Positions 32,633 to 43,682 of a stretch of DNA of 64,000 nt are shown piece by piece. How positions within the stretch are numbered: position 1 is the first letter of the stretch; each line of letters opens with the position of its first letter. This DNA comes from Bacteroidia bacterium (GTDB lineage Bacteria; Bacteroidota; Bacteroidia; UKL13-3): positions 7,569-71,568 of the forward strand of contig JALONK010000008.1 of the NCBI GenBank assembly GCA_025454975.1. The letters run 5' to 3'. Both the position numbers and the translations under genes were made by a program. Under the pieces are notes generated by a model, which did not search any database, had not been told where the DNA came from, and saw only the letters and a program-made list of their open reading frames with translations.

Positions 32633-33146
32633 ATGTTTTAAATTTTAAAAATGAATAAATTACTTTGGTTTTCCTTTTAGGATTTAGCGAACCAAGTCTG
32701 CTTTACCTTAACACTCCTTGAGTATGCAGGTGGTTGTTTAAATAACTATTGAATAAATTTTAACATTTGTTTCTACTAATCTAAAAGGTCTTGTTTTATC
32801 ATTCAATAGCTACTCGTTTTAAAAACAGTTATTCAATTGTAAATATGTTTCAGTTTTTTGGTAAAGTATGTCATGGAAAGTCAATCCGGTGAAGGACTTT
32901 AACCCATCTGCACACATAAATTCAGAAGGGATTTATTTATTTATAATAAATGGATATACCCGAATAATTTATCATTGAGAGGCATTTCACCAGCCATTTA
33001 TATGGGGTATAAAACGATAATGAAAAGAGTTGTCCAGTGACTTAATATTAGCTGGCATTAACTAAATTGATGCACAAATTGATTTAATTCTATAGGCTAA
33101 ACAAGAAGTTAGGCTAATACACTTTTAGCCTTTAAAAATAACTGAA

Positions 33147-34376
33147 TTATTCAGTATATGAATACCTAAATAATCTGCCATTGAATTTCTTGATTACCCG
33201 ATCAAATGGAAGATTAGTATAGTTTACCTTTCTGGTTTTAAAATAATTTATTGGGTCGCCTTCCGCGAAAAGACTAAACATTTGCGAAGGTACGTTATAT
33301 GGTTTTCCTAATTGTGTCATGTTAATATCATATACAAATAATCCAAAACCGAAGCGTTGACTATAATTGGAAATATCATTACAAAAACTCGCAACCAAAG
33401 TGTTTTTTAATGAAGCAATATTTATAGAGGAGTCAGGTAAAAGTTGATTATTCAAAAATATTCCTTCTGTATTTCCTGATGCAATTCGGTAAGCAGTGGT
33501 GTCATAAAAGAAATACAACTTGTTAAAGTTGTAATAGCGATTAAATTCATTTACTACTCTTGTGTTTCTTATCTTTAATTCATTTAATGCATAAAATAAA
33601 TCTTCTTCTGATTTATATTTCAATGTTTCCTTTTTACTAATCGTAGGCAACATAACTAATAAAGCACCTTGTTTGAAATTGTTGATTTGGGTTTTAATGG
33701 CTTCATTTTTTGAATCCAATGCTTCTTTAAGGTCAACTGCATTTATCTTTAAAGTTGCCTCAATTAAAGAAGGCATTCCTGCAATCTCGCTTGAATTCGT
33801 GTAATTAGTTAAACTGTAGGTGTAACTGAAATCAATACTCACTACAGGCGATAACCTGATTGTACTCCCAAACATTATTCCTAAATCAAACTGTCCTTGT
33901 TTATTTTTATTCTCTGCTAAGTCTATTTTTTTATATGCTCCATTGGTGAAAATTTCACTCGAATAGCCCAATAAATAAGTTGGTCTTATCCCTCCGAAGA
34001 AAAACACAGCATCATCATCCCATGGGTCTACTTTTACAATAAGGGGTAATTCTATATGCCTTGTTCTATACCTGGTATCACTTTGTTTTTGTCTCATCCC
34101 TGTATTTAAAAATCCGGGTTCAATGGATAAATCAACCTGTGGGAAAATTCTTGTTTGAATAAATAAACCTGCTCCCCACATACCCGCTCCATTGTACGTA
34201 CCATAGGATGCACCGATTGTATTAAAGTTTAATGAAGTTTTTACACCATATTCCCATTTCAAATCATTTAGTATAAGTTGGGCATTGGCTTGTTTCAACA
34301 TCAAGCAACATAAACAAATGCTTAATACAGTCAAATATGTTTTTACAGTCATTTTATTCATTAATAACATAGTCAA
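33147..34376 (-). CDS. Outer-membrane beta-barrel (porin-family-like) protein with extra C-terminal domain; start ambiguous (34376/34361/34352)
   Basis: 409 aa; signal peptide ...LKQANAQ; Gly/aromatic-rich alternating beta-strand N-terminal half. Confidence 0.5.
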   Translation of the reverse strand: MTMLLMNKMTVKTYLTVLSICLCCLMLKQANAQLILNDLKWEYGVKTSLNFNTIGASYGTYNGAGMWGAGLFIQTRIFPQVDLSIEPGFLNTGMRQKQSDTRYRTRHIELPLIVKVDPWDDDAVFFFGGIRPTYLLGYSSEIFTNGAYKKIDLAENKNKQGQFDLGIMFGSTIRLSPVVSIDFSYTYSLTNYTNSSEIAGMPSLIEATLKINAVDLKEALDSKNEAIKTQINNFKQGALLVMLPTISKKETLKYKSEEDLFYALNELKIRNTRVVNEFNRYYNFNKLYFFYDTTAYRIASGNTEGIFLNNQLLPDSSINIASLKNTLVASFCNDISNYSQRFGFGLFVYDINMTQLGKPYNVPSQMFSLFAEGDPINYFKTRKVNYTNLPFDRVIKKFNGRLFRYSYTE

Positions 34377-35292
34377 TATTTCTTTTCAAACCGTTGTATC
34401 CTGTTCTTTTAAGTGGCGATTTTTTAAAGATTTTTTTAAAAACCTCTTCAGTTAGCTCCACCCAATCTCTTGAAGTGAAATGGGTAATAGCTTCACTCGG
34501 ACTAAATTTAGGTTCGTTATTGATTGTTGCAAACCTATTCCAAGGACAAACATCTTGGCAAATATCGCATCCAAATATCCAATTATTCATCTTCCCTTTT
34601 GCCCAATTTGGAATAGACTCTTTAAGTTCAATAGTAAAGTATGAAATACATTTACTCCCATCAACAACCTTTGGAGATACAATTGCCTCGGTTGGACATG
34701 CATCAATACATGCAGTGCAAGTACCGCAATGATCTGTTACAGGACCATCAGCTTGCAGTTCAATGTCTAAAATTAATTCACTGATAAAATAAAATGAACC
34801 GCTTCCTTTATTAATTAAATTACCATTTTTACCTATCCATCCTAATCCACTTTTGGCAGCCCATGCACGTTCTAAAACAGGCGCTGAATCAACAAATGCT
34901 CGCCCATTTATTTCTCCAATCTGCAGTTTTAGCCAGTCCATTAGCGTAAATAATTTCTCTTTTATTACCTGATGATAGTCTTCACCGTAAGCATATTTGC
35001 TTATTAAAAAGTTATTATTTTCAGTTGATTGTTGCTGCATAGGATAATAATTGTAAAGTAGTGATACCACCGATTTCGCCCCAGGAACCAACAAGGTTGG
35101 GTCTAATCTCATATCAAAGTTTCGCTCCATATAGCCCATTTTTCCATGCCGATCTTCCTTTAACCATTGCTCAAGTTTGGGTGCTTCCTCTTCTAAAAAT
35201 CTTGCTTTACTAATGCCTATTGCCGTAAACCCTAACTCTTTCGCTTGGTTTTTTAGTTGTTCGGTAATTATGCTTAAAGCATTTTTATTCAT
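34354..35292 (-). CDS. queG: Epoxyqueuosine reductase
   Basis: Two 4Fe-4S motifs ([23 protein letters not shown]) and a QueG-like N-terminal domain. Start taken at MNKNALS (35292) rather than 35334. Confidence 0.85.
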   Translation of the reverse strand: MNKNALSIITEQLKNQAKELGFTAIGISKARFLEEEAPKLEQWLKEDRHGKMGYMERNFDMRLDPTLLVPGAKSVVSLLYNYYPMQQQSTENNNFLISKYAYGEDYHQVIKEKLFTLMDWLKLQIGEINGRAFVDSAPVLERAWAAKSGLGWIGKNGNLINKGSGSFYFISELILDIELQADGPVTDHCGTCTACIDACPTEAIVSPKVVDGSKCISYFTIELKESIPNWAKGKMNNWIFGCDICQDVCPWNRFATINNEPKFSPSEAITHFTSRDWVELTEEVFKKIFKKSPLKRTGYNGLKRNIDYVINE

Positions 35293-35440
35293 CCCCACAA
35301 ATATAAACTTTCTTACAAGCCTTATCATACCCATTATATAAGGCCATGTTTTACAAATTTTAAAGATATCTAAGGCAAGCTATACTTTTATTTTTTTTAT
35401 TGAAACATTTTAGGATGCCTCTCTCTCACCTTTGTTTACA

Positions 35441-35480
35441 AATAAAAACTGCTGCCACATTTAAATTTGTAACAGCAGTG
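35441..35480 (-). terminator. Rho-independent terminator (minus strand) after the LTXXQ-protein gene
   Basis: On the minus strand: CTGCTG-ttacaaatttaaatgtgg-CAGCAG followed by TTTTTATTTG. Confidence 0.5.
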
Positions 35481-35512
35481 ATAAATTGATAGAAATAGGC
35501 GTAATATGCCTT

Positions 35513-35959
35513 TTAAAATAATTCAAGTTCATCCAGTTCCTCTGCCGGAGGTGCCGAATCACCTTTAGGCTTACGGTTAGCCTTCTTTTTATTCTTAAAT
35601 TCAGTTTTTATTTTGGCATATTCCTGCTTTTGTGAATCATTAAGGATGGCAAGTATTCTTTCATCATTTTTCTTTGCCTGTGCTATAACTGCCTTCCTTC
35701 TTTCCTCTTTGGAGGCCGATTTATTTGCTTCTCTTATAGCCTTCATTTCCGACCTGTTTTGTTTCATTATTTCTTTTAGTTTCGTTTGTTGTTCAGGGGT
35801 TAAATTCAAACGTTTACTAAATTGTTGAAACAAACTATCTGCCTTTTGATGTTTAGCTCCATGCTTTTTAGGACGCTCTTGTGTGTCTTGCGCTTGGGTA
35901 GTCGGCATGTTTATTAAAGTAACCATCCCAATAGCGAATGATAAAATAAGTGCTTTCAT
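35513..35959 (-). CDS. Periplasmic LTXXQ-motif (Spy/CpxP-like) protein
   Basis: 148 aa; signal peptide ...TTQAQ; LTPEQQTKLKEI... motif; charged helical, ending ...AEELDELELF. Confidence 0.55.
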   Translation of the reverse strand: MKALILSFAIGMVTLINMPTTQAQDTQERPKKHGAKHQKADSLFQQFSKRLNLTPEQQTKLKEIMKQNRSEMKAIREANKSASKEERRKAVIAQAKKNDERILAILNDSQKQEYAKIKTEFKNKKKANRKPKGDSAPPAEELDELELF

Positions 35960-36056
35960 AATAATGATGTTTGGTATTTGATGGAGAAAGTAAATAAAGG
36001 TTTAAAATTAGTTTGTTTTATTTTTTATGTATGGATACAATTATAAAAATCAATCG

Positions 36057-36064
36057 TACTTTTG
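36057..36064 (+). promoter_or_regulatory. Candidate -7 box TACTTTTG upstream of mnmA
   Basis: Fits TAnnTTTG 46 nt upstream of the mnmA ATG; no clear -33 TTG. Confidence 0.25.
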
Positions 36065-36109
36065 TTTTATCAATCAGTTGGGCTATTTACCCACACTTGT
36101 TTTGAAATC

Positions 36110-37216
36110 ATGAGTAAACACGGAAGAATTTTAGTGGCCATGAGTGGCGGCCTCGACAGTACCGTAACAGCCGTAATGTTACGTGAAGAAGGTTATGAAG
36201 TTGTTGGAGTAACCATGAAAACATGGGATTATGCCAGTAGTGGAGGTGGCAAAAAAGAAACAGGTTGTTGCAGTTTAGATTCAATAAATGATGCCAGAAG
36301 TATTGCGGTAAAACACGGAATACATCACATGATACTAGATATTCGTGAGGAATTTGGTGATTTTGTTATTGATAATTTTGTTGAAGAATACCTTGCAGGC
36401 AGAACACCAAATCCTTGTGTATTATGCAATACCCACATTAAATGGGAAGCCTTATTAAAACGTGCCAAACAGTTGGATTGTGAATTTATTGCGACCGGCC
36501 ATTATGCACAAGTTCGTCAAGAAAATCAACGATTTGTAGTGAGTAAAGGGATTGATGAAAATAAAGATCAATCCTATGTTTTATGGGGATTAACCCAATC
36601 AAGTTTATCTAGAACAAGGTTTCCATTAGGTGGCTACCGTAAATCTGAGATTCGCCAAATGGCCCTTGATATGGGCTACGAAGAATTGGTTAAGAAAAGT
36701 GAAAGTTACGAAATTTGTTTTGTGCCTGATAACGACTATAGAGGTTTTTTAAAGCGCAGGGTAGATGGTTTGGAATCACAGGTAAACGGAGGGAATTTTA
36801 TAAACAAAGAAGGTAAAATATTAGGCAAACATAAAGGCTATCCATTTTATACCATTGGCCAACGCAAGGGACTTGAAATTGCAGTGGGTGAACCATTATA
36901 TGTATTGGAAATTCAACCCGAAACTAATACCGTTGTGCTTGGCAAAGAGGATGAGTTGAATAAAAAAGGAATGTGGGTTCGAGGCCTTAACATGGGAAAA
37001 TTTGAAGGCCTGAATTCTCCGATGGAAGCAATTACCAAGATTAGGTATAAAAACGATGGAACATCAGGATTAATTGAACAAGTTGGAAGTAAGATGAAGG
37101 TCATTTTTTATGATGATGTAAAAGCCATTGCTCCCGGTCAATCTGCGGTTTTTTATGACGGTAATGATGTAATTGGTGGCGGTTGGATAGAAAGTAGCTT
37201 TGAAGTTGAATCATAA
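36110..37216 (+). CDS. mnmA: tRNA-specific 2-thiouridylase
   Basis: PP-loop SGGLDST and MnmA Cys residues; start at MSKHGRILVAMSGG (36110). Confidence 0.9.
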   Translation: MSKHGRILVAMSGGLDSTVTAVMLREEGYEVVGVTMKTWDYASSGGGKKETGCCSLDSINDARSIAVKHGIHHMILDIREEFGDFVIDNFVEEYLAGRTPNPCVLCNTHIKWEALLKRAKQLDCEFIATGHYAQVRQENQRFVVSKGIDENKDQSYVLWGLTQSSLSRTRFPLGGYRKSEIRQMALDMGYEELVKKSESYEICFVPDNDYRGFLKRRVDGLESQVNGGNFINKEGKILGKHKGYPFYTIGQRKGLEIAVGEPLYVLEIQPETNTVVLGKEDELNKKGMWVRGLNMGKFEGLNSPMEAITKIRYKNDGTSGLIEQVGSKMKVIFYDDVKAIAPGQSAVFYDGNDVIGGGWIESSFEVES

Positions 37217-37242
37217 ATTAATAGTATATTCGTTTTCATTAA

Positions 37243-37920
37243 ATGACTCTTTTAGTACGTATCTTCTGCTTCTTATTATTTGGATTTACCTTAGTTCAAT
37301 GCGGAGGTGATGAACCAATAACTACACCTGAAGCCCCTGGATACACTTTTTTTCCTTTAAAAATCGGTAAAACTTTAGAATATAAAGTTGATTCATTATC
37401 CTATAACGACAATGGACCGGCTCAAGAAATAGATACCTTTGTTTATTATTATAAAGAAGTTGTGGCATCAGCCTTTATTGATGGAACAGGTGAAAATGTT
37501 TTTTTAATTAATCGCTTTTATAGGAACAATGATTCTGCTGCATGGAACCGCTCTCGAGATTATACCGCCAAAATAAATGAACGATATGCAATTAAAACCG
37601 AAGAGAATGTTAGCTATGTAAAATTGCTTTTCCCTTTAAGAAATCGTTTGTTATGGAATGGTCATTTGTTTACAGCAAAAGATGCGGTTAATTACCGCAT
37701 TACTGAATATTTAAAAAATACAACCGTTCTAGGTAAAAGTGTTAATACTGTTAAGGTTCAACAATACGATATTAAAAACTTTGTTGAAGAAATAAATCGC
37801 TATGAAAGATATGGTGACGGAATTGGATTAGTTGAACTATCTTATGATTCACTAAATACTCAAGAGTCAGGTACTCGTGGTTTTAGACTTAAACAAGTTT
37901 TAATAAAAGCAATTGACTAG
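37243..37920 (+). CDS. Lipoprotein, function unknown
   Basis: 225 aa; signal peptide with LVQC lipobox. Confidence 0.5.
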   Translation: MTLLVRIFCFLLFGFTLVQCGGDEPITTPEAPGYTFFPLKIGKTLEYKVDSLSYNDNGPAQEIDTFVYYYKEVVASAFIDGTGENVFLINRFYRNNDSAAWNRSRDYTAKINERYAIKTEENVSYVKLLFPLRNRLLWNGHLFTAKDAVNYRITEYLKNTTVLGKSVNTVKVQQYDIKNFVEEINRYERYGDGIGLVELSYDSLNTQESGTRGFRLKQVLIKAID

Positions 37921-39556
37921 GTGTATTGTTTTCTGCTTTATTGGAATTTTTTTCCTTGGTAGTGGCACTCCGGCTTTAGCCCAAACAGATCAGCCATTTT
38001 GTTATGCTGTCTATTTCAAAAATAAACCTGAGTGCAGCACTCAATTGTTAACCCCTTCTTTATATTTATCACCCCGAGCTATCTCGCGCAAATCGGCCGC
38101 ATTTATTGCTATTGATAGTTCTGATATGCCTGTTCATATCCCTTATTTAGAAGTACTTGATTCATTAGGGTTTAAAGTTATTCAAAAAAGTAAATGGCTA
38201 AACTGTGCTTTAATTAGAGCTGCAAAGCCTGAAGATGTGAAACAACTAAACAACATTTCATTTATTGATAAGGTTGAATTTTTAGGAAAAGTACCATCAC
38301 CCGGTTTAAATAAAATGGTTAACTTCTCGATACCTCAATTGTTTAATAACAAGAAAAAAACAGAATTATCTGTACATAAAAATGGCTATTCAAAACCTAT
38401 TCTCGCATTACATAAAATAGATACCTTACATCATCAACAATTAACAGGAAATGGCGTTTTGATAGCAATGTTAGATGCAGGATTTAATTATGCCAATCAA
38501 CATCCTTCATTGCAAAAAGCTATGAAGCAGGTTATTGCTACCTATGATATAATTGAACAAGATTCAAATGTTTTTAATGATGATGAACATGGCTTAGGTG
38601 TGTGGAGTTGCATAGCAGCGAATGACCCTTATTATTTGATGGGAAGTGCACCTGATGCCAATTATATTTTATGTAGAACAGAAGACGCTGCTTACGAATT
38701 TCCAATAGAAGAGTTTTATTGGATGATAGGCGCAGAGTTTGCCGATAGTTGTGGTGCTGATTTAATTAATTCTTCCTTAGGTTATAATGAATTTGATGAT
38801 ACACAATTTAATTATAGTTACCGTAGTTTAGATGGAAAAACATCAACAATTACAAAAGGTGCTTCGATAGCTATTCGTAAAGGTATATTTGTTATAAACA
38901 GCGCAGGTAACGAAGGAAATCAAGATTGGAAATTTATATCTGTACCTGCCGATGAACCGGCTGTAGTTACCGTTGGAGCAACTGATGCTAATGGGAACTA
39001 TGCAACATTTTCTTCCATTGGTTTTACTGCTGATAACCGAATTAAACCCGATGCAATGGCTGTTGGCGATCGAATTCCAATAGCAGGAAAAGATGGCTTG
39101 TTTTATTTCGGCTCAGGAACAAGCTATGCATGCCCTGTTTACACCGGTGGTATTGCATGTATTTGGCCTCAGTTTAAAAAGTTAACACTGCAACAACAAC
39201 TAAAATACATTCATTTAAGTAGTAGTGAATATAATAAACCTAATATATATCTAGGGTATGGAGTAACTGATTTTTATTTACTTTATAAATACAGCCTACC
39301 ATATTCAACCGATACCATTATAAGCATAAACTTAAATCCTACAAATACAATCAATTTATCATTACATCTTAAATCAACACAAAAGGTTTCAATTTCTGTG
39401 GTTGATGCTAAAGGAAATATCATTCATATTGATGATTTTTTATTATCAGAAGGAATAAGCAGAACTCAACTTGCACTAAAGGCAAAACTAAATACCTTTG
39501 TTAAGTTGCAGGTTAAAACTGCAACTACAATTTTATCTGTTCCACTTCATAATTAA
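37913..39556 (+). CDS. Subtilisin-like S8 serine peptidase with T9SS C-terminal sorting domain (TTG start)
   Basis: Signal peptide; catalytic blocks LDAGFN (Asp), DEHGLGV (His), GTSYACP (Ser); ~80-aa C-terminal beta-sandwich typical of a T9SS CTD. Confidence 0.75.
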   Translation: MTRCIVFCFIGIFFLGSGTPALAQTDQPFCYAVYFKNKPECSTQLLTPSLYLSPRAISRKSAAFIAIDSSDMPVHIPYLEVLDSLGFKVIQKSKWLNCALIRAAKPEDVKQLNNISFIDKVEFLGKVPSPGLNKMVNFSIPQLFNNKKKTELSVHKNGYSKPILALHKIDTLHHQQLTGNGVLIAMLDAGFNYANQHPSLQKAMKQVIATYDIIEQDSNVFNDDEHGLGVWSCIAANDPYYLMGSAPDANYILCRTEDAAYEFPIEEFYWMIGAEFADSCGADLINSSLGYNEFDDTQFNYSYRSLDGKTSTITKGASIAIRKGIFVINSAGNEGNQDWKFISVPADEPAVVTVGATDANGNYATFSSIGFTADNRIKPDAMAVGDRIPIAGKDGLFYFGSGTSYACPVYTGGIACIWPQFKKLTLQQQLKYIHLSSSEYNKPNIYLGYGVTDFYLLYKYSLPYSTDTIISINLNPTNTINLSLHLKSTQKVSISVVDAKGNIIHIDDFLLSEGISRTQLALKAKLNTFVKLQVKTATTILSVPLHN

Positions 39557-39562
39557 TGCGCG

Positions 39563-40057
39563 ATGAAACCGATTGAAGTTTTACACTCTTTTATATTTAA
39601 AGAAGCTTTTGAATATTTATCGAAGCTTACTATTTCTCAGAAACCTTTATGGGGAAATATGGATGCTCAACAAATGGTAGAACACTTGGCATTAGCTGTT
39701 AAAGTGAGCAATGGAAAGTTACAACCACCATTATTATCTGATCCGGCGAAGGTTGATAAAATTAAGCAGATTTCATTGCTTAGTGCTCGGCCCTTACCTA
39801 AAGGGTTTCAAAATGAAGCCTTACCTTCAACTCCTTTACCTTATCAATCTTCAGATTTATCAGAGGCAATTCAAATTTTAAAAAATGAACTTATTGCATT
39901 TGAAGCATTATATCAACAAAACCCTGATATAGGCTTCCAACATAATTTGTTTGGTAGGTTAAACTTCACAGAATGGTTGTATTTCCATTACAAACATTTT
40001 CATCATCATTTTGCTCAGTTTAATTTAATACCTTATGTTGAACGATTTGAAGATTAA
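39563..40057 (+). CDS. Hypothetical protein (DinB/YfiT-like His-rich motif?)
   Basis: 164 aa; ...HYKHFHHHFAQF near the C-terminus; family assignment is tentative. Confidence 0.35.
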   Translation: MKPIEVLHSFIFKEAFEYLSKLTISQKPLWGNMDAQQMVEHLALAVKVSNGKLQPPLLSDPAKVDKIKQISLLSARPLPKGFQNEALPSTPLPYQSSDLSEAIQILKNELIAFEALYQQNPDIGFQHNLFGRLNFTEWLYFHYKHFHHHFAQFNLIPYVERFED

Positions 40058-40065
40058 CTTATACG

Positions 40066-40995
40066 ATGCTTTTTAAGCAACTTATTCAAGATTTAAAGTC
40101 GCTACTGTACGAAATTGCCATTATTCGTTGGTTCCTATTGTTATTGGTTGCTTCCACCACAACCTACATTTGTTATGTTAAAGGTGGTCGAGTATACATC
40201 AATAACTTGGAAGGTTGGTGGTCGTTCCTGGCTTATGTAATTGTGTATGCATTTCATTATTACGGTGCTATATTTATCCTTCTTCCTTTTAAAAAGGTTA
40301 AAGAATTGTTAAAAGACGTTCGTTTTGTATTATATAGTGTTATAGGAATACTGGTTTTTGCTACACGTTCATCATCATCTATTCATGTAAACTTAATTTC
40401 AAATTGGTTTGATGAAGCTGAAGCAGATGTAATAAATTATAAGTTTAAATACCTTATACGTTCATGTTATTTACTTATTCCTTTAACCATATTGTGGTTT
40501 ATTAACGACAGAAAGCAACAGCCTTTATATGGATTTACAGGAATAAATAAAAGTTTAAAACCATATTTGATTTTGCTTATGTGTATGGTTCCATTGGTTG
40601 CAGTTGCATCTACCCAAAGTGATTTTATAGCATATTACCCAAGGATTAAACTAATTATGCAACCTGATGTTAATATGGCGGAAGCTATTTGGTTTGAATT
40701 TGCTTACGGGTTGGATTTTATAAGTATCGAGTTTTTTTTCAGGGGTTTTTTGTTGTTGGCATTAATAAATGGTGAAGCATCCAAACAACTTATTTTACCA
40801 ATGGCCTTATTTTATTTAAGTATTCATTTTGGCAAACCCATGGGAGAGGCCATCAGTTCATTTTTTGGTGGCACTATTTTAGGACTTATTACTTACCGTA
40901 GCAGGAGTATTTATGGTGGGATAATGATTCATATGGGAATAGCATGGTTAATGGAAGCCGGCGGAGTTATAGGTAACATGATATTAAATAAATAA
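40066..40995 (+). CDS. CPBP family intramembrane metalloprotease (CAAX protease-like)
   Basis: 309 aa polytopic protein; motif 1 SIEFFFRGF (EExxxR-like), then FxxxH and H...N-like motifs. Confidence 0.55.
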   Translation: MLFKQLIQDLKSLLYEIAIIRWFLLLLVASTTTYICYVKGGRVYINNLEGWWSFLAYVIVYAFHYYGAIFILLPFKKVKELLKDVRFVLYSVIGILVFATRSSSSIHVNLISNWFDEAEADVINYKFKYLIRSCYLLIPLTILWFINDRKQQPLYGFTGINKSLKPYLILLMCMVPLVAVASTQSDFIAYYPRIKLIMQPDVNMAEAIWFEFAYGLDFISIEFFFRGFLLLALINGEASKQLILPMALFYLSIHFGKPMGEAISSFFGGTILGLITYRSRSIYGGIMIHMGIAWLMEAGGVIGNMILNK

Positions 40996-41027
40996 GGCGC
41001 GCAGCGAAGCTGCGCGCCTTATTTGCA
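40994..41027. terminator. Bidirectional terminator between convergent CPBP and hppA genes
   Basis: AAGGCGCGCAGC-gaa-GCTGCGCGCCTT: perfect 12-bp GC-rich stem flanked by A-run and T-run. Confidence 0.85.
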
Positions 41028-41049
41028 GATATTTGTTTTGTTTTAACTC

Positions 41050-43596
41050 CTACATTTGTTTAGTCACTTTATCATCACAATGATTACCTTCACCAACAGT
41101 GCAACAAGATTTATTTTCTTTGTGTGAAGCAACACATTTATCATCACAAGTTTTTTCGCATGCTTCGGCTGACGCACATCCTTTATCACAGTTCTCAGCG
41201 CTTAAACCTTTATGTGCTTTTATCATATTCAAACAATTCGCTTTTTCTTCGGCCGAACAACCCATGCTGTCGCAATACTTAGCACATTCTTCCTCAGTCA
41301 TACCCATCATTTTACTCATATCACATTTGCCATCTTTGCCGCACGACATTCCTTCCATTCCTGCACAATGCTCCATTTTTTCTTTACCACCGGCAGTTTT
41401 GTTTTCTCCATTAGTGTGATGTCCTAACATCGGAGCTAAGGTTAATCCAACTAAACATGATAGTTTAATTAAAATATTCATTGATGGTCCGGAAGTATCT
41501 TTAAATGGATCTCCAACAGTATCGCCAACTACTGCAGCTTTATGTGGTTCTGATTTTTTATAAAAAATCTCCTTTTTACCATTCACTTCAATTTCAACAC
41601 CTTTTTCAAATGATTTTTTAGCGTTATCCCAAGCTCCACCTGCATTGTTTTGGAAGATTGCCCATAACACACCACTTACTGTAACACCGGCCATATAAGC
41701 ACCTAATGCTTCTGCACCCATGCCTAGGCCAACTATAATTGGTGTTACAATAGTTATAACACCGGGTAATAACATTTCTCTTAAAGCCGCAGCAGTCGAA
41801 ATCTCAACACATTTACCATATTCAGGTTTGCCTGTTCCTTCCATAATTCCGGGGATTTCGCGGAACTGACGGCGAACTTCATTTACCATGTCCATGGCCG
41901 CTTTACCCACTGAATTCATCGCTAAAGCCGAAAATACAACCGGAATCATACCTCCGATAAATAATGCAGCTAAAACTTTTGCATCAAAAATATTAATACC
42001 ATTAATTCCTGTAAAAGTTACATAAGCTGCAAATAACGCAAGCGCAGTTAAAGCTGCTGATGCAATTGCAAAACCTTTACCAATGGCTGCAGTTGTATTA
42101 CCAACTGAATCTAATATGTCTGTTTTTTCACGTACATCAGCAGGCAATTCACTCATTTCGGCTATACCTCCTGCATTATCAGCAATTGGTCCAAACGCGT
42201 CAATTGCTAATTGCATGGCCGTATTAGCCATCATAGCCGAAGCGGCAATACCAACACCGTAAAACCCTGCTAACGCATAAGCTCCCCAAATTGCTCCTGC
42301 AAATAATACAACCGGTAGTGCAGTTGATAACATACCTGTACCAAGCCCGGCAATAATATTTGTAGCAGCACCTGTAGCTGATTTTTGAACAATACCTAAT
42401 ACAGGTTTTTTACCTAAGCCGGTATAATATTCTGTAATGTATGAAATAGCACCTCCTACAAACATACCAATGATAACCGCATAAAATACATTCATTGAAG
42501 TTGTTGTGGCTACACTAAATACACCAGCGTTAAACACACTCATGGTCATTGTTTCAGGTAACATAGCCTGAATTAAAAAATAGGCAGCAATTAATGATAG
42601 TAAGATTGAAGCCCAATTGCCTCGATTTAAAGCTGCTTGTACAGTATTTGTATCTGCTTTAGCATTGTCACTAACGCTTACAAAATATGAACTTACAATA
42701 GAAGCTAATAATCCAACTCCGGCAATACTTAGTGGAAGTAATATCGGGCCTAAACCATTATACGGTAAACCTTCATAGCTATTGTTAGCAATAAACCAAT
42801 CACGTATTAAATAATTTCCTAATACCATTGAAGCCAATACAGTGGCTACATACGAACCAAATAAATCGGCACCCATACCAGCAACGTCACCCACATTATC
42901 ACCTACGTTATCTGCAATTGTTGCCGGATTACGAGGGTCGTCTTCAGGAATACCTGCTTCAACCTTACCAACTAAATCAGCACCAACATCTGCAGCTTTG
43001 GTATAAATTCCACCACCAACACGTGCAAATAAGGCTATACTTTCAGCACCCACCGAGAATCCGGCTAATACCTCAAGAACCCTTGTCATAATTTCATGTC
43101 CACCATTGGCTAAACTTCCTTGCATAAAAAATTGGAAGAATAATATGAATAGCATGCTTAAGCCAAGTACCGCCAGGCCTGCAACACCTAAGCCCATTAC
43201 TGTGCCTCCGGTGAATGAAACTTTTAATGCTTTGCTTAAAGAAGTACGCGCAGCCTGGGTTGTCCTTACATTTGCCTTTGTTGCGATACGCATTCCGAAA
43301 AATCCGGCTAATGCACTAAATACACAACCAATCACAAATGAAGCAACAATTAAAATGTGTGATGTTTCAACAACTTGTGAAAGCCATCCTAAAGCCGCTC
43401 CTGCCAACACCACGTAAATAGCCAGAATCTTGTATTCAGCCTTTAAAAAGGCCATAGCTCCTTCCGCTACGTAGCCTGCAATTTCTTTCATGCGGTCATT
43501 TCCCGCGTCTTGTTTGCTTACCCAGCCGCTTTTTACGGCCATTACAATCAGCCCCAATACACCAAAAGCCGGAATTAAGTAAATAAAATTCTCCAT
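41050..43596 (-). CDS. hppA: K(+)-insensitive H(+)-translocating pyrophosphatase with a 121-aa Cys-rich C-terminal extension
   Basis: [20 protein letters not shown] and DNVGDNVGD signatures, 15-16 TM. After the last TM (...LAPMLGHH) the same frame continues 121 aa with 16 Cys (CX3C, CX4C, CX3CX3C) and Met-rich patches. Confidence 0.9.
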   Translation of the reverse strand: MENFIYLIPAFGVLGLIVMAVKSGWVSKQDAGNDRMKEIAGYVAEGAMAFLKAEYKILAIYVVLAGAALGWLSQVVETSHILIVASFVIGCVFSALAGFFGMRIATKANVRTTQAARTSLSKALKVSFTGGTVMGLGVAGLAVLGLSMLFILFFQFFMQGSLANGGHEIMTRVLEVLAGFSVGAESIALFARVGGGIYTKAADVGADLVGKVEAGIPEDDPRNPATIADNVGDNVGDVAGMGADLFGSYVATVLASMVLGNYLIRDWFIANNSYEGLPYNGLGPILLPLSIAGVGLLASIVSSYFVSVSDNAKADTNTVQAALNRGNWASILLSLIAAYFLIQAMLPETMTMSVFNAGVFSVATTTSMNVFYAVIIGMFVGGAISYITEYYTGLGKKPVLGIVQKSATGAATNIIAGLGTGMLSTALPVVLFAGAIWGAYALAGFYGVGIAASAMMANTAMQLAIDAFGPIADNAGGIAEMSELPADVREKTDILDSVGNTTAAIGKGFAIASAALTALALFAAYVTFTGINGINIFDAKVLAALFIGGMIPVVFSALAMNSVGKAAMDMVNEVRRQFREIPGIMEGTGKPEYGKCVEISTAAALREMLLPGVITIVTPIIVGLGMGAEALGAYMAGVTVSGVLWAIFQNNAGGAWDNAKKSFEKGVEIEVNGKKEIFYKKSEPHKAAVVGDTVGDPFKDTSGPSMNILIKLSCLVGLTLAPMLGHHTNGENKTAGGKEKMEHCAGMEGMSCGKDGKCDMSKMMGMTEEECAKYCDSMGCSAEEKANCLNMIKAHKGLSAENCDKGCASAEACEKTCDDKCVASHKENKSCCTVGEGNHCDDKVTKQM

Positions 43597-43682
43597 GTAG
43601 TATAAATATTTTTATAGTTAACTTGGCAAAAATAGAATTTAATTCCTATTTTGAAACTTGTTTACCATTAGATACTCACGAA

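Noticed and set aside
41099-41427. Plus-strand ORFs (106 and 71 aa) overlapping the 3' end of hppA
   Set aside because: They are antisense to the Cys-rich tail codons (TGT/TGC/GCA repeats give open antisense frames). The minus-strand frame is continuous with the PPase core, so these are artefacts.
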